Source: Octopus sinensis (taxonomy: Eukaryota). Taken from it: 24,363 bases of DNA. Shown in pieces: positions 1 to 10,561 of this stretch. The notes beneath the pieces were generated by a model that ran no database searches, was not told where the DNA came from, and saw only the letters and a list, made by a program, of their open reading frames with translations. A program made the position numbers and the translations under genes. Within the stretch, counting starts at the first letter, position 1. Each line of letters begins with the position of its first letter. The stretch spans positions 1 through 24,363 of the forward strand of contig NW_021836399.1 of NCBI RefSeq assembly GCF_006345805.1, written 5' to 3'.

Positions 1-20
1 TGAGGAAAATGTGCATACGT

Positions 21-900
21 GTGTGTATGTATGTTCCTAAATGCCTATGCATGAATATGTATGTGTGTTTATGTGAATGCGTGTATTTTGATCCCTAAAT
101 GTTCATGCGTAAGTATGTATTTATCCCCCAAAACGTATAAATATGCCTGAGTATACCTGAAGGTGTGTGTATGTGTGTGTGCGCGCGCGCATGTCTAAAT
201 TGTTACACAGAAGTATGTATGAGCTTGCCTGTGTTCCTAAATATCTACACATTATTATGTGTGTGTATGTATTGTTGTATGTATATGAGTGGTGTGTGTA
301 GAATTATATCTCTAACTGTATCTGTGGAATAAATATTTTTATTGTGTATATGAATATGGTTATATATGTGTGTGTGTGTTTTGCGGTTGTGTGTGCGCGG
401 ACTCCTATCCCTAAACGTATCTTCATAAATACAATTGCTTGTAGGTATATGAGTATGCACGTATGTGTGTGTGTGTATGTATGTGTGTGCGTTGTGGCAT
501 GTTCCTAAATTATATACGCTAAAGTACATTTGTGTGTATGGTGTGCGTACGTGCATGTTCCTAAATTATATACGCTTAAGCACGTGTGTGTGTGTGTGTG
601 TGGCATGTCCCTAAAATATATACACTTAAGTACGTGTGTATGTGTATATGTGTGTGTGTGTGTGTGTATGTCCCTAAATTATATACGCTTAAGTACGTGT
701 GTGTGTGTATGTGTGCATGTCCCTAAATTATATAAGCTTAAGCACGTGTGTGTGTATGTGTGTGTGCATGTCCCTAAATTATATACGCTAAAGTACGTAT
801 GTGTCTGTGTGTGTGCCTGTCCCTAAATTATATACGCTTAAGTACGTGTGTATGTGTGTGCATGTCCCTAAATTATATACGCTTAAGTACGTATATAAGT
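21..900. repeat. Compound minisatellite: ~30-bp core (CATGTYCCTAAATTATATACGCTTAAGTAC) separated by variable (GT)n spacers
   Basis: Eight well-conserved cores start at 498, 554, 604, 667, 716, 767, 816 and 861. Degenerate cores containing CCTAAA/CTAAA occur further left (~30, 91, 191, 231, 406). Confidence 0.9.
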
Positions 901-1543
901 GTGTGTGTGTGTGTGTTTGTAGGTGCACTTTTATCTCTAAATCCTAGAGCCAGCACCTGACATTAATCTTGTATACCAATTCTCACTGAAAACACTTCAA
1001 CAATCGCTTTTTAATCCCCATATCGTCGGCGTTGACCATTCGCCAAAAGCATCTAATGCACGAGGATTATATTCAAGATGGAGGTTGTTTCGTTCATGTC
1101 GCATTTTCTAGTAAACAACGACGTAAGGTGTCGAAATTACATCTAGTATTTATGAGTCACTCTATCAGAGAGGCTGCACTTCAAGGTGAAGGTCCGTCGA
1201 AGCCTTAGCTGTGTACACTGACCAAGTTATTGATTAATGGCGTATCATGCTGAAAACCCATTCAGATGCCACAATTAAAATGGCTTCCTTCCATCCGAGA
1301 CCCGACGGATAAGGTTACGATAATATTACAGATGAACGCACGTACGTACGTGCATGTGTGTGTGTGTGTGGTTATGGCATTACAGATGATTGTGTTTCTA
1401 TTTGCGCTTATGCACGACACACCCACGCACAAATACGCACACACATACGTACAGACATGCGTATAAATGTGTTCACATGTATTTTTGCGCTGGTGTTAAT
1501 TATAATAACACAGAAATTACATGCAAAAATATATATCCTTCAT

Positions 1544-2176
1544 GGATCTTTTCGCTTTGACCGGCAGATTTTAAAAATAATTTCCATGTAACTAAAAAAT
1601 TTCAAACTTCGTATACTGGTAGAATGTGTTTATAAAACATCTTTTTCTCTTGGCTTTCTTGAGAAAATTCTGTAGTTTGTAAGATATTTTCTTCAATTTC
1701 ATCAATTTCAACCAATCAATGTCGTCTATTGAGATGAAAACAATTTCTGCCGTAGAGTGTAAACAACATTTTCTGACGGTGTCATATGAACATGTCACCC
1801 ATAATTATGACCCTAGTATCGATCTATTGCATTTCAATCTATTTTAGGATTAGGGTTAGAGTTAGGGTTAGTAGGGTTGGTTAGGGTTAGGGTTAGGGGT
1901 TGGGGGAAGGGTATCTTTTTTTCTTCAGAAATGCAAATAAACCCAATCTGTTTCTTAAACGAGGGACATTTTCATATGACACCACCAGAAAATGTTTACG
2001 GCAGAGAATGTTTTCACCTCAATAGACGTCATTGATTGGTTGAAATTGCTGAAATTGAAGAAAATATCTTACAAATATCTTACAAACTACAGAATTTTCT
2101 CAAGAAAGCCAAGAGAAAAAGATTTTTTAGTTACCTAGAAATTATGCAACAAACTGCCATTCAAACCAAAAAGATC
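1544..2176. mobile_element. Non-autonomous long-TIR DNA element (MITE family A), copy 1, with a TTAGGG-rich centre
   Basis: The left arm starting GGATCTTTTCGCTTTGACCGGCAG (1544-~1790) is inverted in the right arm ending ACTGCCATTCAAACCAAAAAGATC (~1970-2176, with an internal deletion). Homologous copies lie at 9343-9961 and 18748-19159. No TSD here; the right end abuts a SINE fragment. Confidence 0.85.
1844..1899 (+). repeat. Interstitial telomere-like (TTAGGG)n tract, imperfect
   Basis: TTAGGATTAGGGTTAGAGTTAGGGTTAGTAGGGTTGGTTAGGGTTAGGGTTAGGGG, lying between the two TIR arms. Confidence 0.85.
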
Positions 2177-2259
2177 ATTTGAACTCAGAAGGTAACGGCA
2201 GATGAAATATGGCTACGCATTTCGTCTGGCGTGGTAACGTTTCTGCCAGCTCACCGCTT
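2177..2259 (-). mobile_element. 5' fragment of a tRNA-derived SINE (family D)
   Basis: The minus strand reads AAGCGGTGAGCTGGCAGAAACGTTACCACG...TTCTGAGTTCAAAT, with A-box-like and B-box-like (GTTCAAAT) motifs. Related to the degenerate copy at 9148-9342. Confidence 0.6.
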
Positions 2260-2554
2260 TCAAATAAAGGATATTTATCCAGCAATGCGAAGTTGAGCAC
2301 TTATTCTCAGTTCGATATTATCTATCTATCTATCAATCTGTCTGCCTGTCTATCTGTCTATTTGTCTGTCTTTCTATATGTATGAACAGCATTGCTGAAT
2401 GAGAAACACAAAATTACTGTCAAGTTCCTATAATAAATAAATATATGTTGATCGACTCGAACCAGCGTAATGTATTGAATTTTGTTTCTAGCAGAGTTGC
2501 TCCGTATAAAATATATTACTAATACATCTACCTACATCTACTTCTGTTTCGTTA

Positions 2555-2563
2555 TAATATATG

Positions 2564-2598
<35 letters not shown>

Positions 2599-2689
2599 AT
2601 ATAGATATATATTATATATATATGATATAGATATATATATATATATATGTATGTATATATGTATTATAATATAATGTGTGTATAATATA

Positions 2690-2733
<44 letters not shown>

Positions 2734-2907
2734 ATATATATATACACATATACATATGTATATATATATATTATATATACATATGTATATATATTATATA
2801 TATATATTATATATATGTTATATATATATATATATATGTATATATATTATATATGTATATATATATATGTATATATATATCTATATACATATGTATATAT
2901 TTATATA

Positions 2908-2994
<87 letters not shown>

Positions 2995-3035
2995 CATACA
3001 TACATATATATATACATACATACACACACACATTT
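2555..3035. repeat. (TA)n-rich microsatellite
   Basis: Nearly pure TA repeats with TG/CA interruptions; the source of the spurious YI-rich ORFs. Confidence 0.95.
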
Positions 3036-3369
3036 CTTTGCTTCATGTTTCCTATACCCAAACGATCAGAATTTTCCTGAAAATATTTACATTTCTTATA
3101 TCATGTCCTCCACCTCCTCTCACGTTTAATTCATTTCATCATAGAGTATTCATTTATTTATTTATTCGATTATGCGATGTAACATCAATGCAACGTTCAA
3201 CGATTCTCTTTGAATTCTGTATGGAACCAACATTCTTACAGAAATATTTCCTGTCAGTATACAACGGTTATTGTATACACTTAAACATTTCAAAATAATG
3301 TATACTCTTGAACATTTTCAAAAGTATTATCGATTATTTACGAAATTTCTTGTAAATGTCAGCATCAAA

Positions 3370-3446
3370 GATATATGTATATAAATATACCTATATATAT
3401 ATAATATAATTATATATATATATTATATATATATATTATATATATA

Positions 3447-3487
<41 letters not shown>

Positions 3488-3625
3488 AGATAGATAGATA
3501 GATAGATAGATAGATACAGATATATACGTGTGTATATGTATGCGTAAATACACGTGTGTATGTGTGTTATATATATATATATATATATATATCTATATAT
3601 ATATATATATATATATAAATATTAG
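3370..3625. repeat. (TA)n/(GATA)n compound microsatellite
   Basis: Direct inspection. Confidence 0.9.
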
Positions 3626-3799
3626 GGAATAAATCCAAATTTACAAGGAAAAATCAGATTTAAGATTGAATCCAATTTTATAGTAAAATATTATATTATA
3701 TTAAATTAGAGACAAAACCACTATTATGCAAATCAAACAAAGAAAGACTTAAGCCAATACATAAAATAATTTATATAAATTAAAATTTAACATATGAAT

Positions 3800-3851
3800 A
3801 ACCACTACGATCGTTTCGTGTCAGCACATCTTAGACATTCTTCAGGTGGTT
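3800..3851 (-). ncRNA. Minimal type I hammerhead ribozyme (Penelope-like-element type)
   Basis: The minus strand reads AACCAC-CUGAAGA-AUGUC UAAGAUGUGCU GACAC-GAAAC-GAUC-GUA-GUGGUU. It has a 6-bp stem I, an intact core, UGUC/GACA stem II (10.1-11.1 is A.C rather than G-C), a palindromic stem III ACGAUCGU and a GUA cleavage triplet. Confidence 0.8.
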
Positions 3852-4640
3852 TCAAAACCTAAAATATAAAATATAATCAATATTTTTACTATATAAATAT
3901 CTATATAATCTAAATAAAAATTTACTTAAAATAAATTCTATTATTAAATATGATTATATCGAAATCGACTATAATGTTAAATATTAACTTTAATTTATAA
4001 GGTAGAAAATCCATGTGCTAATATTCATTTAGTCTATATCTACTTATATAGAGATTTGAAATAACTAATATATATAAATTATCAATGAAAATATATATAA
4101 ATATTATAATCAAGATCTAAAATAAACCCTATAAACGATTGTATATAATGAAAACCTAATATATTTAATTTCTCATATTTAAAGATGAAATAGCTAATTT
4201 CAAATAACAAAAAATATATACATACACACATGCGCATGCACATATATACATGTATGTATATAAACACATCCAAATACGCACACAAACTCACCCACACACA
4301 TATACATCTACACACACACATAAACATATAGACACAGATATATCCATAATGCAGCCCTACACCTCTACACATCACCTATGCATACTCACACACACACACA
4401 TACAATCACTCATTCATAAACATATACTCTCAACAGGACACTAACACAGAGGAGAAATAACATCCAGTAGCATAACCGCGTTCTTTAACTTTTTGTAATC
4501 TCTTCGTGTTAAGTGAGAACATAACAGTTAAGTTCGGATGATCATAGCTGGAGACCCTTTCTGAATATGAAGACTTGCATATCTATTCTTAAAACAGTCC
4601 GGTGTATCCGAACGCAAATATGTTAATCATTGTTGTGTAT

Positions 4641-5280
4641 GTCACAGGAGAGCAGTTTCTTCTCTTTTACGACGACCATAATTGGCTTAAGAGATTCTGG
4701 CATGCCAGAATCCTTTGGGCATCACAGGAGAACAGTTTCTTCTCTTTTACGACAACCATAATTGGCCTAAGAGATTCTGGCACGCCAGAATCCTTTGGAC
4801 ATCACAGGAGAACAGTTTCTTCTCTTTTACGACAACCATAATTGGCCTAAGAGATTCTGGCATGCCAGAATCCTTTAGACATCACAGGAGAACAGTTTCT
4901 TCTCTTTTACGACAACCATAATTGGCCTAAGAGATTCTGGCATGCCAGAATCCTTTGGACATCACAGGAGAACAGTTTCTTCTCTTTTACGACAACCATA
5001 ATTGGCCTAAGAGATTCTGGCATGCCAGAATCCTTTGGACATCACAGGAGAACAGTTTCTTCTCTTTTACGACAACCATAATTGGCCTAAGAGATTCTGG
5101 CATGCCAGAATCCTTTGGACATCGCAGGAGAACAGTTTCTTCTCTTTTACGACAACCATAATTGGCCTAAGAGATTCTGGCATGCCAGAATCCTTTGGAC
5201 CTCACAGGAGAACAGTTTCTTCTCTTTTACGACAACCATAATTGGCCTAAGAGATTCTGGCATACCAGAATCCTTTGGAA
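4641..5280. repeat. Tandem array of 8 x 80-bp units, each normally carrying a 20-bp palindrome GATTCTGGCATGCCAGAATC
   Basis: Units start at 4641, 4721, 4801, 4881, 4961, 5041, 5121 and 5201 and differ by only a few substitutions. The palindrome is perfect in six units and has one substitution in units 2 and 8. Confidence 0.97.
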
Positions 5281-5797
5281 ATGTGTGTCTCGTCAGCCAG
5301 AAGCATCCGGATTTTCGTGTTTAAAGAACTGATAGTTTGTTTATAATTTCAGCAAAGAAACTGCTTTCTGATCAGTGCTGATACTCGTCAACCGATTATG
5401 ATTCGTTATTTGTCCTCGATGACTGTCATTTTAATTCTTAACAGATTCTGGAAGAGTCGACCACAAATATGCTAATAGATAAACAAGATTAAAGAGGATC
5501 TAAGTTAAAAGAACAATTACATGTTCTATATGCTTACAAACTGTACTATAGTTTATAAGCTTATCAGTGAAACAGCTGTAAACATGTTATAAGTAGATAG
5601 TTTAACACTCTCCGTCGTCTATGACTATTGAGGCCGATGCGACTGCAATATGAAATTACCCGTGTAATAACAAGAATTTTCTTCTCAGGCACCTCTTTTG
5701 GATTGTAATGGAAAAGTTGGAGTTCTAGTTCAATGCCTACATGTTGTACACTTTAAAAAGCACTCTGCAAAAAAAAATTATGTGTAAATAACTATAT

Positions 5798-5843
<46 letters not shown>

Positions 5844-6134
5844 AGCAAAACGCCTCCCGTCCAATGGAAGGTGCTGAGTTGTCAAACATTTAAACCAAAT
5901 TTTCTCAAAACAACTTGTCCGACCGTCCCATAGGCCTCCCCTTTGAGAAACAATGATTTAACCTATATTTGAGACACCAGCAAAAGAAGAAATGAAATAA
6001 AGATAGACATTTTTTCTATTCCAAGAAAAACGATTTTACAAATGCACGTTCCCACGGTTTTATCGATCGCATTCTCACCTGGAATCGATTTTTGTAATTT
6101 TTTCAAGACTTATACACGCCCTGATACCGTTGGG

Positions 6135-6608
6135 AATTTTTTGAGAGTGAAATAATTTTGCTCTGGGTGCAGGCCATCCCAATGTGCTTTCATGCTATTC
6201 ATATATGTAACAGCGGGGTTTTGTTTAACCATTTTTTTAATAATATGGCCTAGTGATTAGAGCAGCGGCCTCGCAGTCGAGGGATCGCAGGTTAGAATCT
6301 CAGACCGGGCGATGTGTGTGTTTATGAGTGAAACACCTAAGCTCCACGCGACTCCGGCAGAAGGTAATGGCGAAACTTCTGCTGACTCTTTCATCACAAC
6401 TTTCTCTCACTTTTCTTTTTTTCCTTTTTTTTTTTGTGTTTTTGGAATACACTTGCATTTATTAACTTTCTTCCTATGTTCAACAAACGTTGCTTGTTGA
6501 CGTAATTTTTTGAGAGTGAAATAATTTTGCTCTGGGTGCAGACCATCCCAAAGTGCTTTCAAGCTATTCATATATGTAACAGCGGGGTTTTGTTTAAACC
6601 ATTTTTTT
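6135..6608. repeat. ~104-bp direct repeat (6135-6238 and 6504-6608) bracketing a SINE fragment
   Basis: AATTTTTTGAGAGTGAAATAATTTTGCTCTGGGTGCAG...CAGCGGGGTTTTGTTTAACCATTTTT occurs twice, with three substitutions and one indel. Confidence 0.92.
6245..6412 (+). mobile_element. Truncated tRNA-derived SINE (family C)
   Basis: Colinear with the 5' half of the copy at 8789-9089 (TGGCCTAGTG A-box; CACCTAAGCTCCACG; CTCCGGCAGAAGGTAAT). Confidence 0.85.
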
Positions 6609-6661
6609 TCATAACAGTTTAATAGATCCTTATTCAGTCCATGACTCCAATAAAAATGCAT
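6420..6661 (-). pseudogene. Possible fragment of the N-terminal domain of an R4/Dong-type non-LTR retrotransposon ORF
   Basis: The translation WSHGLNKDLLNCYEKKWFKQNPAVTYMNSLKALWDGLHPEQNYFTLKKLRQQATFV resembles a remembered pattern (W...N..L..CY....P....YM..L..LW...HP....T...L..Q) in R4-clade proteins. No RT lies nearby; needs an HMM check. Confidence 0.3.
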
Positions 6662-6986
6662 TTTCTAATTACAGTTTCTTCTGTAACTACAGCTACAAAA
6701 GCAAAAACAAAGAAAAAAAAAGTCTGTTCACTTTTTGCGATGTTGTTCCCCTTCCGTCTTTCAACTGTATTGTTGTTTTGTAGTTATTGTAGTTGTTGTT
6801 GTTGTTGTTGAAGTGGATGATGTTTTTGTTGTTGTCGTGTCCAGCCATGTTGTTTACATTAACTCTCTGCATGGTGAAGCCAATTTCTAAATGAAAATTA
6901 CCACGATATTGAATAAAAGGCTCCCCTCTGTCAATTCATCAGAAAAATTAACCAGATATTTAACATGGCTGATAGCTGTAGATTCA

Positions 6987-7097
6987 ATGTACGTACGTAT
7001 GCATGTATGTATGTATGTATGTATGTATGTATGTATGTATGTATGTATGTATGTATGTATGTATGTATGTATGTGTGTATGTATGTGTGAATATGTG

Positions 7098-7129
<32 letters not shown>

Positions 7130-7925
7130 TGTATGTATGTATGTATGTATGTGAGTATGTATGTATGTATGTATGTATGTATGTATGTATGTATGCATGT
7201 ATCTATATATGTATGTATGTATGTATGCATGCATGCATGCATGTATGTATGTATGCATGTATGTATGTATGCATGTATGTGAGTATGTATGTACGCATGT
7301 ATGTATGTACGCATGTATGTATGTATGTATGTATGTATGTATGTATGTATGTATGTATGTATGTATGTATGTATGTATGTATGTATGTGAGTATGTATGT
7401 ATGTGTGTATGTATGTATGCATGTATGTGAGTATGTATGTATGTATGTATGTATGTATGTATGTATGTATGTGTGTATGTATGTATGTAGGTATGTATGT
7501 ATGTATGTATGTGTGTATGTATGTAGGTATGTATGTATGTATGCATGTATGTGAGTATGTATGTATGTATGTATGTATGTGTGTATGTATGTATGCATGT
7601 ATGTGAGTATGTATGTATGTATGTATGTATGTGTGTATGTATGTAGGTATGTATGTATGTATGTATGTATGTATGTGAGTATGTATGTACGCATGTATGT
7701 ATGTACGCATGTATGTATGTATGTATGTGTGTATGTATGCATGTATGTATGTATGTATGTATGTATGATGTATGTGTGTATGTACGTATGCATGTATTAT
7801 GTATATATATGTATGTGTGTGCATATGTTGCATATGTGTATATCTGTGTACGTACGTACATTTACGTATGTTTATGTGCGTGTGTATGTGTGTGCGTACG
7901 CTTGTGCATCAGTGTGTGTACGTGC
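6987..7925. repeat. Long (ATGT)n microsatellite with variant units, decaying to (GT)n
   Basis: About 0.9 kb of ATGT repeats with recurrent GTGAGT, GTACGC and GTAGGT variants; the source of the MYVC/HTYI ORFs. Confidence 0.95.
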
Positions 7926-8251
7926 GCGGCGTGCCAGTCCATTGTGGAGAAAATAAGCGATCGTGCTCACTGCTTGAAAAACTGAAATGAATTATAAAAG
8001 GACACGACCTAGATATTACCCGACATTAAATAGTTCGTTAGATTAATCAAACATAATATTAGCCAATTCCATTGAGATCGATGAAATGGCTGATCAGGAC
8101 CGTCTGGCTTTCTGGCAGACAACAGTCTGGTTTACAAGGATGGGGTTATTGTGAAGGAATCGCAGTGAAAGCGGAGTAAATTAAAAGCTGTTGGGAGATA
8201 AAACAATGGAAAGAGAGATGAAAGTGATATAATCACTATAACGATAGTTGC

Positions 8252-8740
8252 AGCGAGTCATGGCCAATGAGGGTGGAAGATATTAAGTGACTAGAATCCT
8301 TCGATCACCTCTGTCTACACCGCATCCTTCGTGTCCAATGGCATCACTTTGTCTCCAACAATTTGGTGCGACACCAGTGCAGAATCACCTCCCTCCGACA
8401 AGTCATCCTAACGAGACGTCTGCGTTGGCTGGGTCATGCCCTCCATTGTCAACCAGGAGAATTCATCTACGAAGCAATTGACCCAGCTCCCCTTCAGGGT
8501 TGGCGAAAGCGATGTGGTGGACAACGAAAAACCTGGCTGATGACAGTCAAGGCTGATTTGGAACCCAACCTAGGCCCCCATATCTACGGCATTCGCCGCT
8601 GGAATAAGGAGTGGTTGGAGATCACACGGTCGTTAGCCTCAAATCACCAGGTCTGGTTGGCGTTTGTGAGAGATGCAGCATTGAGGATGAATGAAGCCAG
8701 CTCAACCCACCCTGGGTGAATGCTGTCAAGTCAAGTCAAG
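8252..8740 (+). mobile_element. 5'-truncated RTE-clade LINE (C-terminus of ORF plus tail), second RTE family
   Basis: Translation ESWPMRVEDIK*LESFDHLCLHRILRVQW...RRLRWLGH...GGQRKTW...DLE, ending at the stop at 8719. (TCAAG)3 tail at 8726-8740. Perfect 9-bp TSD GATAGTTGC at 8243-8251 and 8741-8749. Confidence 0.9.
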
Positions 8741-8788
8741 GATAGTTGCTTTTCATGAAGTATATTGGAGGGGATTATAGTGACCCTC

Positions 8789-9089
8789 GTGGAGGCACAT
8801 GGCCTAGTGGTTAGAGCAACGGACTCGTGGTCAAGGGATCACGGGTTCGAATCTCAGACCGTGTGTGTGTTTATGAGCGGAACACCTAAGCTCCACGTGG
8901 CTCCGGCAGAAGGTAATAGCGAAACTTCTGTTGACTCTTTTGCCACAACTTTCTCTCATTCTTTCCTCCTGCATCTTGCAGCTCACCTGCAATGGACTGA
9001 CAGACCGTCCAGGTGGGGAACCTATACGCCAAGGAAACTGGGAAACCGGCCCTTATGAGCTAGGCATAGCTCGAGAAGGAACAAACTAA
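8789..9089 (+). mobile_element. Full-length tRNA-derived SINE (family C) with V-domain-like core
   Basis: A box TGGCCTAGTGG; B box GGTTCGAATC; core CTGCAATGGACTGACAGACCGTCCAGG; 3' end GGAAACCGGCCCTTATGAGC. 12-bp TSD with one mismatch: ATAGTGACCCTC (8777-8788) and ATAGTGAACCTC (9090-9101). Confidence 0.88.
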
Positions 9090-9147
9090 ATAGTGAACCT
9101 CAGGGGTCTGGGGTGCATAATTTTTTTGTCTAATGTACAGGGCAACA

Positions 9148-9342
9148 AGGATGGTAAACTGACGGAGTGGTTAGTACGCTAGACAAAATACTTCGCTGCA
9201 TTTCTTCGGAGTCTTTACGTTCTGCGCTCAAATTTCTTCCAGGACAATATTCCCGTTCATCATCGATTGAGTAGTGGGATCGATGTCATCAACTTGCCCC
9301 CTTCCCTGGAAGTGATAGCCTTATGCCAAAATTTGAAACCAA
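9148..9342 (+). mobile_element. Degenerate SINE (family D)
   Basis: Weak colinearity with the reverse complement of 2177-2259 (..AACTGACGGAGTGGTTAGTACG..CATTTC..TTACGTTCTGCGCTCAAAT). Confidence 0.5.
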
Positions 9343-9961
9343 AAAATGTTACGGCAGATATTGTTTTCACCTCAATAGACGTCATTGATCGGTTGAAATT
9401 GCCGGAATGCAAAAAATTAAACAACAAATATGTTACAAACTACAGAATTTTCTCAAGAAAGCCAAGAGAAAAAGATGTTTTATAAACACATTCTACCAGT
9501 ATATGAAGTTTAAAACTTTTTAGTTACTCTTTACTCTTTTTACTCTTATTTGTTTCAGTCATTTGACTGTGGCCATGCTGGATCACCGACTTTAGTCAAG
9601 CAAATCAACCCCAGGACTTATTCTATCGGTCTCTTTTGCTGAACCGCTAAGTTGCGGGGATGTAAACACACCAGCATCGGTTGTCAAGCGATGTTGGGAG
9701 GACAAACACAGACACACAAACATATTCACACACATACATATATATATATATACATATATACGACGGGCTTCTTTCAGTTTCCGTCTACCAAATCCACTCA
9801 CATGGCTTTGGTCGGCCCGAGGCTATAGTAGAAGACACTTGCCCAGGGGACTGAACCCGGAACCATGTGGTTGGTAAACAAGCTACTTACCACACAGCCA
9901 TTCCTGCGCCTAGTTACATAGAAATTATTTTTAAAATCTGCCGGTCAAAATGAAAAGATCC
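9343..9961. mobile_element. Right TIR arm of MITE family A, interrupted by a SINE
   Basis: 9343-9527 and 9911-9961 together match the reverse complement of 1544-~1760 and end in AAAAGATCC. Confidence 0.85.
9528..9910 (-). mobile_element. tRNA-derived SINE (family A), full length
   Basis: The minus strand starts GGCGCAGGAATGGCTGTGTGG (A box)...GGGTTCAGTCCC (B box), with an internal (TA/TG) microsatellite and a (AAGAGT)-like tail. 7-bp TSD TAGTTAC at 9521-9527 and 9911-9917. Homologues at 18095, 20768 and 23554. Confidence 0.92.
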
Positions 9962-10561
9962 CAGTGCTGGTTCTGAATGTAATATAAAATCTATAGAAAG
10001 TTTATAATGTGTACGAGTGTTTTCTGATTCCTGCGTACGTTATATGTTCCCCTACCTTGGCCTGGATGTTACTTTTCTCTTCAGGTTTGACTACAGGAAA
10101 GAAATAACTGGGTTTCTAAATACGGCCCAAAGTAGTTCTACTTGAAGCAGCGACACTTCACCACTGACCTCTCGCCTCTCACCCCTCACCTCTCCCTTCT
10201 ACACAGTGGTCATTCCCTTAGCAGAAGTTTCTTTCTATGATGAAAATAACAATAAATGTCACTGAATATGGTGTAGTGACACACAGACATGGCATAGGCG
10301 GAGAAGACAATTGTTTGAAGTAGATTACAGTGAGGTCAGCTTCACCTCCAAGGACATATGTGTGTGCATACATGTATGTGTGAATGTATATGTGTATGTA
10401 TATATAAGTGTGTGTGTATATATGTATGCATGTATGTATGTATGTATCTATCTATCTAACTCTATATATGTATATATATGTATGTAATGTAAACATGGCT
10501 AAATATGTGTGTATTTATCCATATATACAATATATAAATACGTGCATGTATATAAACACGT

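Noticed and set aside
1844-1899. True telomere or chromosome-fusion scar
   Set aside because: The tract is short, imperfect and single-orientation, and sits at a position homologous to a CCCTAA tract in another copy of the same TIR element.
4641-5280. 80-bp array as a CRISPR array or as coding repeats (ORFs 4602-5324)
   Set aside because: The sequence between palindromes is identical from unit to unit, so there are no unique spacers; there are no cas genes and the context is eukaryotic. The ORFs are staggered frame products of an 80-bp (non-triplet) period, and TGEQFLLF only superficially recalls a MULE transposase motif.
5200-5305. Minus-strand CUGACGA next to the array as a hammerhead
   Set aside because: It is followed by GUAAAA rather than GAAA, has G at the cleavage position, and has no stem I.
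6880-6950. Minus-strand CUGAUGA with an AUUGA/UCAAU stem as a hammerhead
   Set aside because: There is no GAAA after the stem and no stem III or UH triplet.
8789-8870. tRNA gene
   Set aside because: A and B boxes are present, but there is no proper acceptor stem. It continues into SINE body and tail with a TSD, and a second copy lies at 6245.
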